In this document: one piece after another, positions 12,837 through 27,168 of the stretch
How the letters are laid out: every line of letters starts with the position of its first letter
How positions within the stretch are numbered: the stretch's first letter is position 1
Assembly (NCBI GenBank): GCA_964016885.1
Contig: CAXHJY010001738.1
Coordinates: forward strand, 124,001-188,000
Direction: 5' to 3'
Length of the DNA stretch: 64,000 bases
Source of the DNA: Eledone cirrhosa
Lineage: Eukaryota
The notes under the pieces: model-generated
Database searches by the model: none
Told to the model about the DNA's origin: nothing
Seen by the model: the letters and a program-made list of their open reading frames with translations, nothing else
Program-made: the position numbers and the translations under genes

Positions 12837-15800
12837 CGGGTAAAATTCCCGAGATCCATGGACGAGTTCTCTCCAGCGGTCTCTGTCCCTCATTATCGCT
12901 GCCATATCCTGCATCTCCAACAGACCAGTGTCTGTCCTTAGGGCATCAACATATGTTAACCTTGGTCTTCCTCTTCTAGTGTGTCCATGTAGGGGCTCCC
13001 AAAGGAGCACTGAGTGCAATGTCAACTCTAGATGTCGGTGAGCATGTCCAGCCAACCTCAGTCTCCTCTGTGTCACTTTTGAGCTGACTTTTGGGATGCT
13101 CCCATACAGCTCTGAGTTTTTCATCCTCAGTGTATACTGATTAATGTTCAGAGCCATCCTCAGCATTCTCGTGTAGCACCCATCCACCATCTGAGTGAGT
13201 TTCTTGGTCAGTGTCCAAGTCTCAGACCCATACAGCAGCACAGACTCCACTACAGCAATGAAGAGGCGGATTTTCAGGTCTCTACGAAGGTCCGACTTCC
13301 ACACCGATCTCAAGCTGTGGCACGCCGCCCAGGCCTTGCTCTTCCTCTCAACCACATCATCCTCCGTATTCCCAATCTTTGCTCCCAAATACAGGAAGTC
13401 CTCAACCAATTCCAGCGGCTTCCCGCCTACATTAGTGATCCCCTCTGGCTTCTCAACATTCTCTACCAGATATTTTGTTTTAGTCTCATTCATTCTCAGC
13501 CCCACACTCATCGACACAGTCTCAACCTCCCGCATCCAATCCTCTGCCTCCTTCACTGTATTTGTCACCAAAACTATGTCGTCGGCAAATTCAGCATCCG
13601 ATACCTTTTTCACCCCAACTCTCCTGCTCTGAGCCGGTGCTACAGTAAAGCCAGAGTCCTGGTGTTTCTCCAATGCAAGGCGCATACAATAGTCCACTAC
13701 GATGATAAAAAGGTAGGGAGCCAATGTATCTCCCTGGAGCACTCCAGCCAGTATCTCAAAGAACTCTGTCATCCCATCAGGTGTAATGACTTGGGCTTTG
13801 GTGTTGGTGTAGAGCAGTGATATCAGGTCCACTATCCTCTTGGTGATTCCATAAGCCTGTAAGATCTTCATCAGGCAGTGACGGTCCACAGAATCAAAGG
13901 CCTTCCTAAAGTCAATGAAAACCATGACCGCAGGAAGGCACTTTGCTCTAGCTCCCTCTAATATCCTCCTCAGCATCAGGATGTGACTGGTGGTTGATCT
14001 ACCCTCTCTGAAGCCGTTCTGGTTGTCCCTGAGCTTCTTCTCCATCTCAGGCTGGATCCTGTTAAGAATCATCCTGTTGAGGGTCTTTGCCACAAGTGAC
14101 GTCAGTGAGATCCCCCGGTAGTTGTTGGTGTTAGAGAGATCTCCCTTCTTTGGCACTGGGACGATGTTACTGATCCTCCACTGATTCGGGGCAACTCCTT
14201 TCTCCGGTGCCCCGTTACAGAACCCCAGGATGATATCATCAAAATCACACCTCTTCATCACCTCTGATGCCACTCCATCTTCTCCATGAGCCTTGCCCTC
14301 CTTGATCTTCTTCTTGGCTCTCTGAAGCTCCTCTCTCGTGAAGGGCTCTGTCTCAACATCCAGTTCCTCAAACAGCCGCCTGATCTCCCCAGTGCTCTGG
14401 GCTGTGGAGGGTGACTCTCCTAGTAGGGTCCTAAAATGGTCTAGCCATTTCCTCTTCCTATCCTCGGGCCCCGTTCCCTGGATCTGACTCGAACACCTTT
14501 TCTTCCTCCCTGTGATCTCGTTGATGGTCATCCAGCTCTCCTTACATCCAGATCTGTCAACCGCTCTCTCCACACTTCTGATCTTCTCTATCAGTGCCTC
14601 CTCTCTGACCTCAGTGTAAGCGGTACAGAGCTCTTCCCTCATCACCTCCACAGTCTCCATCCTCTCCTCCGTAGGATCAGCATAGAATTGGTCCCTGGCA
14701 GCTTTCAGGTGTTCTCTGGCTGCACACACTTTTGGGTTTGCAGAGCTGACGTGCTTCCCTTTGTTCTTTTTCCTCGGCACCAGGGTTTCACTTGCTTTCG
14801 CCACTGCCTTGGTGAAGTGCCCGTACCTCCTCGTCACACTCTCCTCAGTCCATCCAATCTCTCTCTCCTCTGACTCTCCACACAGACCACTAAACCTGTT
14901 TCTCACTTCCACTGTGAACCTCTCCTGTAGCTTATCATCTTCCTTGAAAGCTCCCCAGTCATAGATTGTTCTCCGGGGCTGAGCCTTGCTCTTTCTTAAG
15001 CTCACGCGGACCTCACTCATAACAAGCCGGTGGTCACTACCCAGTGTACTGAAATAGCTGTATGGTTCCGTGTTCAGAACACTATTCCGCCACTTTTTCC
15101 TCACCAGAATGAAATCAATCTGGGACTTGGACAGGTGCATATCTGAGATGTAGGTCCACATCTTCCCCAGATTTTTCCTAAACCTTAGGTTGGTCGCCAT
15201 CAAGTTCGCCTCCAGCAGGGTGTCTCTCAGTAGTCTTCCATTTCGCTTGGTGTTGTTATGGAAGTACCAGCAAGGATCTTCACTGCCCTCCTTACTCAGA
15301 TGTGCATTGAAGTCCCCCAAAACAAGCAGGATATTGTGTGCCTGAGTGGTGTTGACAGCTCTACATATCTCCTCATGGAACTCCTCCGCATTCACATCAC
15401 TGTCCCCCTCGGTTGGACTATAGGCTGAGATGACTGTCAGTCTTGGGTTTCCATTGAAGGTCGCCCTCAACACTCGCGGGGAGATAGGCATTATTTCCCT
15501 CACCAACAGATTGGTTTTTGCACTGAACACAAAACCCACTCCTCCCACTGCAGCATTTGTTGTGTTCTTCACTGCCGATGTAGTGATGAGCTGGCTCTTC
15601 CTCCCGATCATCACACTCCTCCCGGGCTCATCGTGTAGAATCCTGTGTTCTTGGATCGCAAGTATCTGTATACCACTCTCCTCGAACAGATGTCCCAACT
15701 CCTCTCTCTTCTCCAGCGTTCGAATAGTCCTCACATTCAAAGTGCCCATTTTGATGGCTCCTCTGCAGGACAAAACTGCATTCTTTATATTTGTCTCAGA

Positions 15801-15926
15801 GACAGCTGATCCATCATCCACTGGCCCTCTCTGTGGCTCTAAGCCAACAGAGTCATAACGACCAGGCTGCTCCTTGACAGTGTAATTAGGGGCTCTAACC
15901 CTAGTGCTGTTAGATCGACTCTCCAT
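12747..15926 (-). CDS. RTE polyprotein (APE endonuclease + reverse transcriptase), uninterrupted; runs into (TA)n
   Basis: [26 protein letters not shown]; [49 protein letters not shown]. First ATG at 15926. Confidence 0.9.
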
Positions 15927-16139
15927 ATTTCTTTTCAATGGCTGACAATACCTTACCGGCGCCACTCGAATAAGGTAGTTATTTAACCCATAAATGGATC
16001 CCTAACAGGTACTACCACCCCGGGCCAGGGCAGACCTGGGAGTCATGACAACTAAGGGGTAACTCCACATTCCCCACATCTCCTGAACTCCCGAACTGGA
16101 GCCTTGCCACTGGATGTAGTTTAATGTCATACCCAGGAC
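12832..16139 (-). mobile_element. Full-length RTE-clade LINE inserted in (TA)n
   Basis: Single APE+RT ORF, ~200-nt 5' leader, (TA)n on both sides. Confidence 0.93.
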
Positions 16140-16187
<48 letters not shown>

Positions 16188-16268
16188 GGTAAACAGAAAT
16201 AACAACACAATCGGTACAGTATATGGAAGGGATATATTAGGTTAACGCTTGATATAGCAGCAAGAGGG

Positions 16269-16304
16269 CCTTAACGTTTCGGACGCTAGCCCTTCATCAG
16301 AAGA
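16269..16304 (-). ncRNA. Minimal (dimer-type) hammerhead in a short PLE pLTR fragment (about 16185-16320)
   Basis: tctt-CTGATGA-a gggc tagc gtcc-GAAA-cg-TT-aagg; palindromic AACGTT in place of helix III; homolog at 38478-38513. Confidence 0.8.
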
Positions 16305-16412
16305 AGAAAGAATGAGAAATAAGATAGATTGGGGGGACGGGCGGGATGGAATTCGAAAAAATGTCTTTAGATAAAAATAACAAGTCCATTCATGTTGACA
16401 TCTCTTGCAAAA

Positions 16413-16497
<85 letters not shown>

Positions 16498-16867
16498 CGA
16501 GAATCGGAACTTCGGCCCACGAAATAACGAAAAACAATCTTCGAAATGTTCGGCAAAGTGCTCAATGGTTCGGATGAATCAGAGCTATAACTAACGTTTA
16601 ATACCAACACACTGAGACGATGCTTAAACAATCATTCGCACAGCCAAAAATACGATCAAGTAATTCGGGTCAAACAAATATAAAATATATATATATATAT
16701 ATATATATCGTTTCTGAATTTGTTTAACAACATGACCCTCCCAAAGTATAACAATATATATATATATATATATCAGGATATATGAATAAATTAAGGTAAA
16801 AGACTAATTGTCAGCGTTATCTTTTACATTTATATTCTATCTCCAAACCTGCATTGTTCTGGCCTTC

Positions 16868-16918
16868 TAACTGTATATATATATATATATATATAACTGT
16901 ATATATATATATATATAA

Positions 16919-16958
<40 letters not shown>

Positions 16959-17422
16959 CTGTATATATATATATATGTATATATAACTGTATATATATAT
17001 ATATATATATATAACTGTATATATATATATATATAACTGTATATATATATATATATATAACTGTATATATATATATATATAACTGTATATATACAGTTAT
17101 ATATATAACTGTATATATATATATATATATATAACTGTATATATATATATATATAACTGTATATATATATATATATATAACTGTATATATATATATATAT
17201 AACTGTATATATATATATATAACTGTATATATATATATATATAACTGTATATATATATATATATATAACTGTATATATATATATATAACTGTATATATAC
17301 AGTTATATATATAACTGTATATATATATATATATAACTGTATATATATATATATATATAACTGTATATATATATATATATATACAGTTATATATATAACT
17401 GTATATATATATATATATATAA

Positions 17423-17460
<38 letters not shown>

Positions 17461-17497
17461 CTGTATATATATATATATATATAACTGTATATATATA
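16868..17497. repeat. AACTG(TA)n compound satellite with some inverted units
   Basis: Seen directly; inverted tacagtta units near 17092, 17298 and 17382. Confidence 0.95.
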
Positions 17498-18046
17498 TCG
17501 ACCTAAGAATTTTTCACACATTATATATCTATGTCTCATTCATGAATATTGATATTTGCATTATAATACCCAATTCATATGAATTGATAATTCAAACTGA
17601 TAGGACATAACGTAAAGTTATAAATCAGTCATCCTTCTCTCTAGATATAACTCTTTCTTCTCCACCCTCTATACATGATGAAATTTAAGTATCGCTGTTT
17701 TCTCTTTATTTATTTTTTATTTCTCTCAGTCTCCTTAACACTATAACTAAATAACTAAATAAATAAATAATTACAGTACTCCCCCCTCCTAAATTATTAT
17801 TATTATTCATCTGTTGCCTCAGCTGCCTCTCATTTTTCACCCCCTCACTATTTCTCTCTCCCATATCTCTCTCTATCTCTCTCTGTTTTTCTTTACATAC
17901 ATTTATTCCTTCTCTCCGTCTTTCTTTTTAACTGTGCTTAACACTAAATATTTACAAACATTTCACTACCAAACCAACTTTTTTAAATGGAAGTTGAACA
18001 ATATTTATGGTACGTCAAATTTATTTATAAAACTGCTTATATATTG

Positions 18047-18112
18047 TATTTTATCTGAAGAAGGCATGCCATATTTTTAATATGGTATCCCTGAAATATG
18101 TATAATGAAATA
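18047..18112 (+). ncRNA. Minimal hammerhead, PLE family B
   Basis: tattttat-CTGAAGA-agg c atgccatatt ttt aatatggtat c cct-GAAA-tatgta-TA-atgaaata. Confidence 0.75.
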
Positions 18113-18176
18113 AATATGGTTTTATAAATATAGTTTCCATTTGTTTAATATCGTATATATATATATATATATATAT

Positions 18177-21100
18177 CTTTCTGTTTATTTGCCACCAGGG
18201 CATCAAAAAGTGGGACAAGTACAATGGGGGGGGGGGAGTTTACATAAAAAGGCGTCCTCAATAAGGAGGAGGCAATAACAAGATATAAAAATAAGATAAA
18301 ATATAACAAAAATAAATTTAATAACAAAATCCTCAATAGGGAGGAGGCGCCTTGGGGGGTCGCACACACCCCCGAAGAAAGTGTGCAACCCTTCTCATCA
18401 GGAGCACAGAGAGGGGGTGCTCCCTTGATCTTTCATCTTCCTCACCTATAGTCTGATGTAGAGTGAAGGCCCATTCACACGGGCCATTCTCGCCACTTTC
18501 ACCCATATTTCATAATAACGGCTGGGGTGCAGCACCTTTCTCTCCATCCTGATCCTTCTTCCAAAATTATATCGGAAGAAACGGACCAGTTGTTGGCCAG
18601 AGAGAAAGGTTTCTGACCTCAGTCCTTTCAGACGCGTCCACCATACAACCTCTTTCGCCATGGCTATTACGCACAGAAACACCGCCTCTTCTTCGTTTTT
18701 GAAGAGGGGAGGCGGCTTGATCGTTACAATAGACTCGGTGGTCAACCGGATCGGTCCCACCCCTGACAGCAGTTGTTCGACATAGCCCCACAGATCGGCA
18801 ATGCCCAAGCAGTGTACCAATGCGTGTGCAACGGTTTCCTCGTCGCACACGCATCTGGGACAGATCTTTTTCGAGGAGTCCCTACCCGGGCGCCCGTGTC
18901 TGTAGAGCCTTTCTCGAACGGGCAGAGCCCCTCGGTAGCACTGCCAGGCCAGGGACCTCTGGAAGTTATCCATGGGTCCCGGGCTGAATGTCCTACCGAA
19001 CAGGTTGGCCAGTTCGTCTTCCTCCATGCCTAGGGCTTCTCCAAGGGCGTCGTCGCACCTGCTAACCACCAGCCCTCCATAGAATGACGAGGTGGATTCT
19101 CCACTGACAGCCGGGTCCCCCTGCCAGAGAGCCGTGAGCGCCTGGGCACACTCGGTGTGCCAGACGCCCAGTTTTCTCGGTCTTTGCTTGACCCAGGATT
19201 GCAGCTCGGTGAGCGAGACGAGTCTGGGAAAGGCTCGCCTCACAAACGGGGCCCACACCGGTTGACCGGTGAGGAATACCTGGATGTGCCGTTGCCTTAA
19301 TGCGTGTTTACGTATCATTAGCCACGGCATCTCCAGCCCTCCTTTCGAAGGGTGTTGACAGCAGATGGATCTCCTCACCATAGGAGCCCGCCTCTTCCAA
19401 AGGAATTGGAAGAGTGCGCGCTCCATTTTGCCGAGCGTTTCCCTTGGGCAAGGAACGACGGTCATGCGGTAGTAGATGACGGACGCTATATAAGTGTTCG
19501 CCACCTCCGCCCGACCTTTCAGAGACAGTTTGCACTCGGCCCACTTCTGGGTCAGTGCAAACACCCTGTTCGTTACCTCACCCCAGTTCTTCTCCACCTG
19601 GAGGTCTGGTCCGAACCAGACCCCGAGCAACTTCACCGGGCCCTCCGTCCAGCGCCCGACGACGCCATAGGAGGGCATCGATCTGACCCTCCACGTGCCG
19701 AGTTGCAGACCGATCGACTTGTCCCGGTTCAGCTTAGCGCCTGTAAACCTTTCGTACTCCTCCAGTAAGGTGCCGATCGCCCCGATTTCCGAGGCCGTCG
19801 ACACCATTACTGTTACGTCATCGGCGTAGGCCGACATCGCTTTCCGCAATCCCGGTTCCAACGGGATGCCCTGCAACAACTCCAACTTCCTCAGCAGTGG
19901 ATCTAGAGTCATTACATACAGAAGGGAGGAGAGAGGGCACCCTTGTCGGATGGACCACGCGATTTCGAACGGCTCCGAGGGGTAGCCGTTCACCTTGACC
20001 CTAGAGCAGATGCGGCTGCTGTGCATGGCAGTGATCCAGCCCCTGAAAACGGGTCCGAAGCCTGCCGCCGCTAGCACCGCATCCATGTAACCATGGTCGA
20101 CCCTATCGAACGCCTTAGATTGATCCAAGTTGATCAGGGCCCCACCAAAGCCGGGTTCGTTCCCAACCCTCTCTGAGGTAGAGGTTGTCGTGGATGGACC
20201 TGGACGGGATAGAACATGTCTGCGCATCTCCCACCAGGTTGCCCACGACAAGCGTCAACCTCTTTGCTAGCACCTTGGCCAAAATCTGTAACTCTGTATT
20301 TAGCAGAGTTATGGGCCTGAAATTATTTATATCGTCCCCTTTGTTCTCGTCCTTCCTCACTAGCGTGACTACACCCTTGGTCACAGCACAGGGAATTCTC
20401 CTGTTCTGTTGCCAGTTGCAGTAGACCGCCTCGAGGAGATCGGGGAACAAGTCCGGTATAGCTAGATATAGTTCGTATGGAAGACCATCGAGACCCGGGG
20501 ATTTGCGTTTGCCGCATTGTCTCAGCACGTCCTCTATCTCAGCGGCTGAAATCGGCTCCTCGCAGGACTTCGCCTCCCTGTCCGAGAGACGCGGCAGGCC
20601 GTCGAGGCATGGACCGAAGTCCACTTCCCCAACTGGTTCGCCGCCCCTTCCGAACAATCTGGCAAAGTGCTTTTGAAAAGCCTCGCACATCTGCTTAGGC
20701 TCAAGGATCACCCGTCCATCCTGGTCTCGCAAAGACCGGATAGTGGATCTACTCCCTCTTTTGGCTTCTGTTGTGCAGGCCCAGCTAACAGCTTTGGTCC
20801 CCTCGTTTCCCAGAGCACGTATTTTGCTTCGGATGATGCAGCCTTCGTGTTTCGCGTCGAAGAACTGGCCCAGGGCCGTTCTCGACGCTAGCACTCTGGT
20901 TACGTCGCCGCTTCTAATTGCCTCTTCTACACTATCTACCAACTCCTTTCCTTCCTATTTCTATTTGAGGCTAACTCCTTACTAAATTCTATAGAGACTA
21001 CTCTAATCTCTCTTTTTAGAGATCCCACCACCTGCTGTTGACGATGGCGCCTGTCAACCGCTCCTTAACTAATGTGTTAATCCGGTCCTGTAAGCCTTAC

Positions 21101-23615
21101 TTGCCGGTAAGGACAAGTTGAGCTTCCAGTAACCGGGTCCCTGTCTATGCGTTCTGTCAAGGTTGACCATGCAGGTCACTAACTTGTGGTCTGAATAGCC
21201 AACCATGAGCATTTTTGGACAACTTACAAAGTCCTTATCCTTATTTCTAACTAAGAACCTATCTAGGTACGACCTAGATGATCCGCTGCGGTTTGCCCAA
21301 GTCCAGGTTGGCGCAGTCGGAAAATCTAGTCGATATCTATCGGTCAGGTCAAATCGACCGATTAACCCTTTGAGGCTGTTACACCCCTCTCTATCAGGAC
21401 AGGCCCCTACGTAGTCCCAAAGTGCATCTAGGATACCATTCCAGTCCTCCACTAATAGCAAGGAGCGGGACATCCCCAGAAAAGTCTCCAGACGATGGAA
21501 GAAGTCCGGCCGCGTTGACCCGAAAGGGCCGTAGACGGCTATCTGCCTAAACGCTCCGCCTTCACCACTGCCAAGATCCAGAACCACTAGTTGACCCTCC
21601 GGGTCCAAATGTACCGTCTGTGTTGCGAGACCCAGATGTTTTTGCAGCAGAACGACAACCCCACCCCCACCTCCGGGCTGACAGAGAGATGTGTGCATCT
21701 CAAAGTCATCAAAGGTGGGGGCCAGCTGTTGCACGTTGCTGATCCGCGCCTCGCAAATAACCATCACATATATACGTTGTGACCTGAGGTCATTTAGAAG
21801 CATTTCTTGCTTCCAAGTTGAGCCCAGGCTACGCGCATTTAGACAGCCTACTCTTAGTATAGCCATGTTGGTGGTGAAGAGAAAGGCACTTACCTCTCTG
21901 CGTCCCGGGTATCGGGCTGCACAATTTCCATGAGGGTGGGGGATGGGTTGTTGGGTGGGGTGGTGGTTTGTGGAAGTGTAGAGGCATCAGTGTGTTGTGT
22001 GGTTGGGGTGTTGGAGTTGTGTGGGTGTTTGGGGGGGAGATGTTTTTTAGGAGGACGCGGTTAATGGGCCCGACGCAGGGGGGGGGGGGGGGCACGTCCT
22101 CTTTCAAGTTGTCTTTTAGTGTTTTATATGTGTCCTCTGGGGCCTTAATCATTTTGTGGTAGGGTAAATCCCCTGCCTGGGTGAAATTAGGCCCTTGGGT
22201 TTTTACTAAATTGTTGTTGTATACAATGTTTAGCAGTTTTTTATTTCTTGTGTTTATGTATGTGTATGCATGTTTTTGTTTTTGTGTGGTGTTTTTTGTT
22301 TGCTGTTGTTGTGTGCTCTTTTGTGTTGGTGTCTGTGTTATGTTTTGGGGAGGGGTTGTTTTCATTTGTCTGAGGTGTGTTTTCTTTTTTTTCTTTTGAT
22401 TGTGTGGAAGTGCTCCTCTTCGTCTGACGACGAACTAGGGTCATCTTCCGCGTTGGAGGGGAGGGGTAGATTTTCGGGTTGTGTTTGCGGTGCGGGTGTT
22501 TTGGAAATTGTATTTTTTTAGTGGGGGGGGGGACAGTGTTTTGTTTTGGTTTGAGCTGTGGTTGTTGTTTTTGTAGTGATTGTGTTGGTTGTGCAGTTGT
22601 TGGTGGTGTAGGCAGGATTAGGGTTTTCTTTTTAAGTTGAGGACAGACAGCCCTCAGGTGACCTCTGGCTCCACAGAGGTAACACGAGGGCTGCCTACCC
22701 TCAACGGTAATGTTGATAAAAGTTTGATCATCCAGTATGATGCGTTCAGGGATCTGGGCGATCCTTTCGAGCCTCATTTGAACTACAAGTTCGAGGCCCG
22801 TTCCACTGAACGCGTCACCCGATGCATTTCCCATGGATATTAGTGTGTCATCGTCTAGGTCCAGGAAACCTGTCAATATGTCCATAATCGGAAGGATGGT
22901 GTGAATTTGTATTGTTTGTGTCCTACCCATGTACAGTTGGTTTTATTGACAGTTTCACTGCTGTGTCCCTGTCCTTCATGAGAATGGATAGACTCCCGTA
23001 GAGTCTATCGTTCTGAATGAATATGATGTCTTTCATGACATCTTTTAAAACCAGCTCTATCTCACTCTGTGATGGTTGAGCTGGTTTTTTGCTTTTATTC
23101 GAGATTGTCCTAAACATGACAGTGTTTAGGAGTCTCTGGATTTTTAGTTCCGGGGGGGGGGGTCGAAAATGCACCATTTTCCCCGTACATTATGTATTTT
23201 TTTGGCATCTGCCAGTAGCTCCTTCGCTTTGGTTATATCTACTGGCAGATAGTCGAGGGTTTTCCTTGCCGTCTGGGCGAAGGAGACCTTTTCCTTGTTT
23301 GTGTTGCTGTTGTAGTTGGTGGTGTTGTTGTTATCATTGTTGTTGTTATCACAGTTATTGGTCTTGTTGTTGTTGTTATTGTTATTGTTGTTGGTGTTGT
23401 TTTCGTTCGTAGCATTGTTGTTGTTGTTGTTGCTGGTGCCGCTGGTTGTGTTGGTTTTGTTCATTGTTTCACACTTTTGGTTTGTTGCCATGGCAACGTC
23501 AAGTTGTCAGTCAGCAGGTGGAGAAAATCCTTCCTCTGGCTGACCTTTGTCTTTGACATCTGCTACTATGACAGTGGCAGGGGGAAGCTGTAAGCATATC
23601 TTCCCTTTTCCTCCT
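18177..23615 (-). mobile_element. L1/Tx1-clade LINE, copy 2 (diverged subfamily, disrupted ORFs; 5' end approximate)
   Basis: ORF2 pieces 21069..21866, 20115..20942 and 18446..20251 and ORF1 pieces 21829-23491 are colinear with copy 1; same 3' end (gatgccctggtggcaaataaa). Confidence 0.93.
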
Positions 23616-23863
23616 TCGAATGTTGGTGAAGAAGCTTCAGGCAATTAAAAAAATGTTAGCTTTTCAAAAAAAAACTTTTTGTTAACTATTTCGCCTAAAG
23701 GCGTAGAATATTTTGAGAGACTGACCGGATCAAAATTTGACCTGGCAGTCCCTCTATAAAATGGTACAAAAATGAAGGTTTACAGTCAAGAATTTCTATA
23801 GAAATTTAAGCAGAACTTACTCAGCAAGTTACACGCGTGTGTCCTTCCCAGATAGATAGGTTG

Positions 23864-23978
<115 letters not shown>

Positions 23979-24039
23979 AGTTCCGTTACGGATGCAAACA
24001 ATTCCTGGCTCAGGTGTATTATAAGAGAGTATTGAAGTT

Positions 24040-24317
24040 TGCTTTTCAAGTTTGGAGATAGAATATAAATGTAAAAGATAACGCTGACAATTAGTCTTTT
24101 ACCTTAATTGAATCATATATCCTGATATTTCGAGATAATATCTCTTCGTCTGAGGAAAGTAAAGGGATTAATCCACTGTTCGAAGTGGGTTGCTAAGTCA
24201 TGCTGACCGGAAGTAGTATAAAGTTCTATTCTACTTCTAATGTCAAAGAGTGAAGGTTTGGGCAGGCCAAGTGAATAAAGAGTTGTCTCCCTTTAAAGGG
24301 TTTGGACATGCATGTCT

Positions 24318-24365
<48 letters not shown>

Positions 24366-24560
24366 ATACATAAAGGTGTAAGCATGCGCGCGCATGTGTG
24401 TGTGTGAGTGTGAGAGGATACGTGGAGATGTAAATATGAGGGCTAGATGCTCTATCATGTTAAAAATTGGGTGTTGAGTTCTAGTCTATTATTGATTGGT
24501 GGTTGGGTTTTGTCTATAATCAGTGTTTCTTTAATTCTAAGATTGCCGAGGTTTCTTTCC
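24040..24560 (-). mobile_element. 3' end of a Penelope/Poseidon-type PLE
   Basis: Minus-strand LRIKETLIIDKTQP fits a GIY-YIG C-terminus; pLTR shared with 16773-16848; HHR motif inside. Confidence 0.6.
24120..24156 (-). ncRNA. Minimal hammerhead motif with CAGACGA core
   Basis: tcct-CAGACGA-a gagat att atctc-GAAA-ta-TC-agga. Confidence 0.65.
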
Positions 24561-25230
24561 TTAGGTTTGAGGTTCACCACTGGATAGAGCTGGTCAATTC
24601 CGTATGGTCAATCTTAATATAATAATATGGAGAGTACTCAACGTAAAGCAGTTCAACCGTCTTCATTTTTGTAGTTGGTGGTGCTAGTACGGAGTTAAAT
24701 ACGGAACCCGGTCATTGAAATGATCATAGTATAATAAACCTTTCAAGGATTTACACAAGTCCAGCCTCCTGTAATTTCATTATAATATTTAACTCCGTAC
24801 TAGCACCACCAACTACAAAAACAAAGACGGTTGAACTGCTCTACGTTGAGTACTCTCCATATTATTACATTAAGATTGACCATACGGAATTGACCAGCTC
24901 TATCTAGTGGTGAACCTCAAACCTAAATAAATAATGCTCCTGAAATGTTGAGCACTTCCAAATGTAATAATGAACAGCGGCATGGGACTGAATATATCTA
25001 ACCACCATTCGGATTTTGGCTACTCGGTGCTTTGCCTACCGCCCACCTGGCCCAATGCTACTTCCCTCTCAGACTTCGACGAAATTCTACGGATTATACC
25101 ATAACCTGTATTGTACTCTACTGTATTGACTAAATTCTCTACCCTATACTTCTGGGCCTGTGTAACTCACACTGAATTCTCAGACTCGAACACACACTGA
25201 TTCCATTTCCACATCTATATGCATTATCTG

Positions 25231-25685
25231 ACTGCAACTTGAACTATATTGTATTTCCCCTGTGTTTTGATCTCTCTATTTACTCCACCACCACTCTTGT
25301 TTGTTTATTTATATCTTTATATCTTTGCTGTATTAATGTGCTTTTTCCACGTATTCTACTTCTATACATCTATGTATTTTTTACTCCTCTTATTCGGACT
25401 TTTACTCGCGTGTACCCATTAGCACACGACACTAGAATGTCGCCCCCTGGGAACAAAAATACTGCAACCTGAACTATATTGTACTTCTCCTATGTCTTGA
25501 TTCCTCCATCTTACTCCACCACCACTCTTGTTTATTTATATCTTTCTACCTTTGCTTTATTAATGTGCTTTTCCACGTATTCTACTTCTATATATCCATG
25601 TATTTCTACTCCTCTTATTGGGACTTTTACTCACTTGTACCCATTAGCACACGACACTAGAATCTCCCCCTGAGAACAAAAATAA
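25231..25685. repeat. Diverged tandem duplication of ~230 bp
   Basis: actgcaac(t/c)tgaactatattgta at 25231 and 25461; both units end in ccattagcacacgacactagaat...gaacaaaa. Confidence 0.85.
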
Positions 25686-27168
25686 ATATTACCCAACTAT
25701 ATCCCTTACTCTACATCCCACTAGGATAACTTATAGAGGATCTATATAATACAATTAAAGTTTCTTCATAAGAGACTCTCTCTTTAACTAAACCTCGCAA
25801 CCCAAAACCTTGAGAGGGTTTTAAACTGTCTAATTTTCAATTTTCTAATTGTTCAATTCTCAATCTTGCTCTTTAGTTTTATAATGTTATTCTGAATTTT
25901 TTAACTTCATCCTATAAATCTAAACAATAATTTAACGTTCCAATTTTCTGTCGGACTGTTGGGATGGTTTTCCTGGCGGCGGGACCGGCCCCCTGGCGCA
26001 TAGGCCTACCTTGAGTGCTTGGAAAAATAAATTTCCCCTTCTTTCGGTAAATGAACTACTCGGAGCGGGTTGATTCGCCCCAGGGGCCCGGCGCGCAGCC
26101 GCATTTTTGACCGCCATATAGTACCTTTAAATTATAGACCTAATCATAACTATTAGATGTATCATGCCTCCCTCTACTTAAGCAAATCCCCCTCCTGGGT
26201 AAATTAATAGTACTGGTTTTGTATAAGGATGGCCTAACGATGAGGGCTGACTTCCCACTGGCGCACCTGAAGCCTGATATACATTCCTAGAGTGCTCGGA
26301 AAAATTGATTTCCATATCTTTCGCTAGGCGATAACCCTCGGAGTGGCTGACACGAGGTTAGGATGGGCTGCGTAAGCCTGTAGTCCCCGCATGCTGTTTG
26401 ACTGCTAAACATAGACATAATCTTTACTCTATAATACAATTTAAGTTTCTTCATAAAAGACTCTTTCTTTGCTTAAAGAAAGGTTTTCGCAACCAAAACC
26501 TTAAAAATTTTAAACTGTTTAATTTTCAATTTTCTAATTTCTTTAATTTTATAATGTTAATATTAAATATTAATTTTCTAACTTCATCCTATAAATCTAA
26601 ACAAAAATGTAACGTTCCAATCTTCTGCTCACACATTATAATATGCAGACCCCCACTATATTTACCTCTGTTAAGATACGGATCCCTTAGAATAATTTTT
26701 TTTTTCGCACCATTCCTGGCCTGACTGTAGTTTGACATTAGTACCGACCTTTCTTCTTCTTTCTTTCTGTCTTTCTTCTTGTAGCTCGACATTAACCCTG
26801 ACTTTTCTTCTTCTTCCTTTTCTTCCTTCTCTTCCCCCTTCTTTCTGTTTTTTTTTCTTGTGGCATGATATTAACGCTGACTTATCTTCCTCTGCCTTTC
26901 TGTTTTCCTCTATTTGACCGGTAGTAGCACACTATAAGCTTTAGCCCCCTCACTTGAGGGCGACCGGCAAAGGTGGAAGATGCTAGATGGCGGTCGGCTC
27001 CCGGTCTTTGATTTTCAGCCCCATGGATTTTATCTATTACATTCATTTATTATATTTCGAATACCTGATGATATCACCGGATCCATACGGAACCCGGTCA
27101 TTGAAATGATCATAGTATAATAAACCTTTCAAGGATTCACACAAGTCCAGCCTCCTGTAATTTCATTA

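Noticed and set aside
23484-23497. Perfect X-box palindrome GTTGCCATGGCAAC
   Set aside because: Lies inside Tx1 ORF1 sequence, is absent from copy 1, and has no other support.
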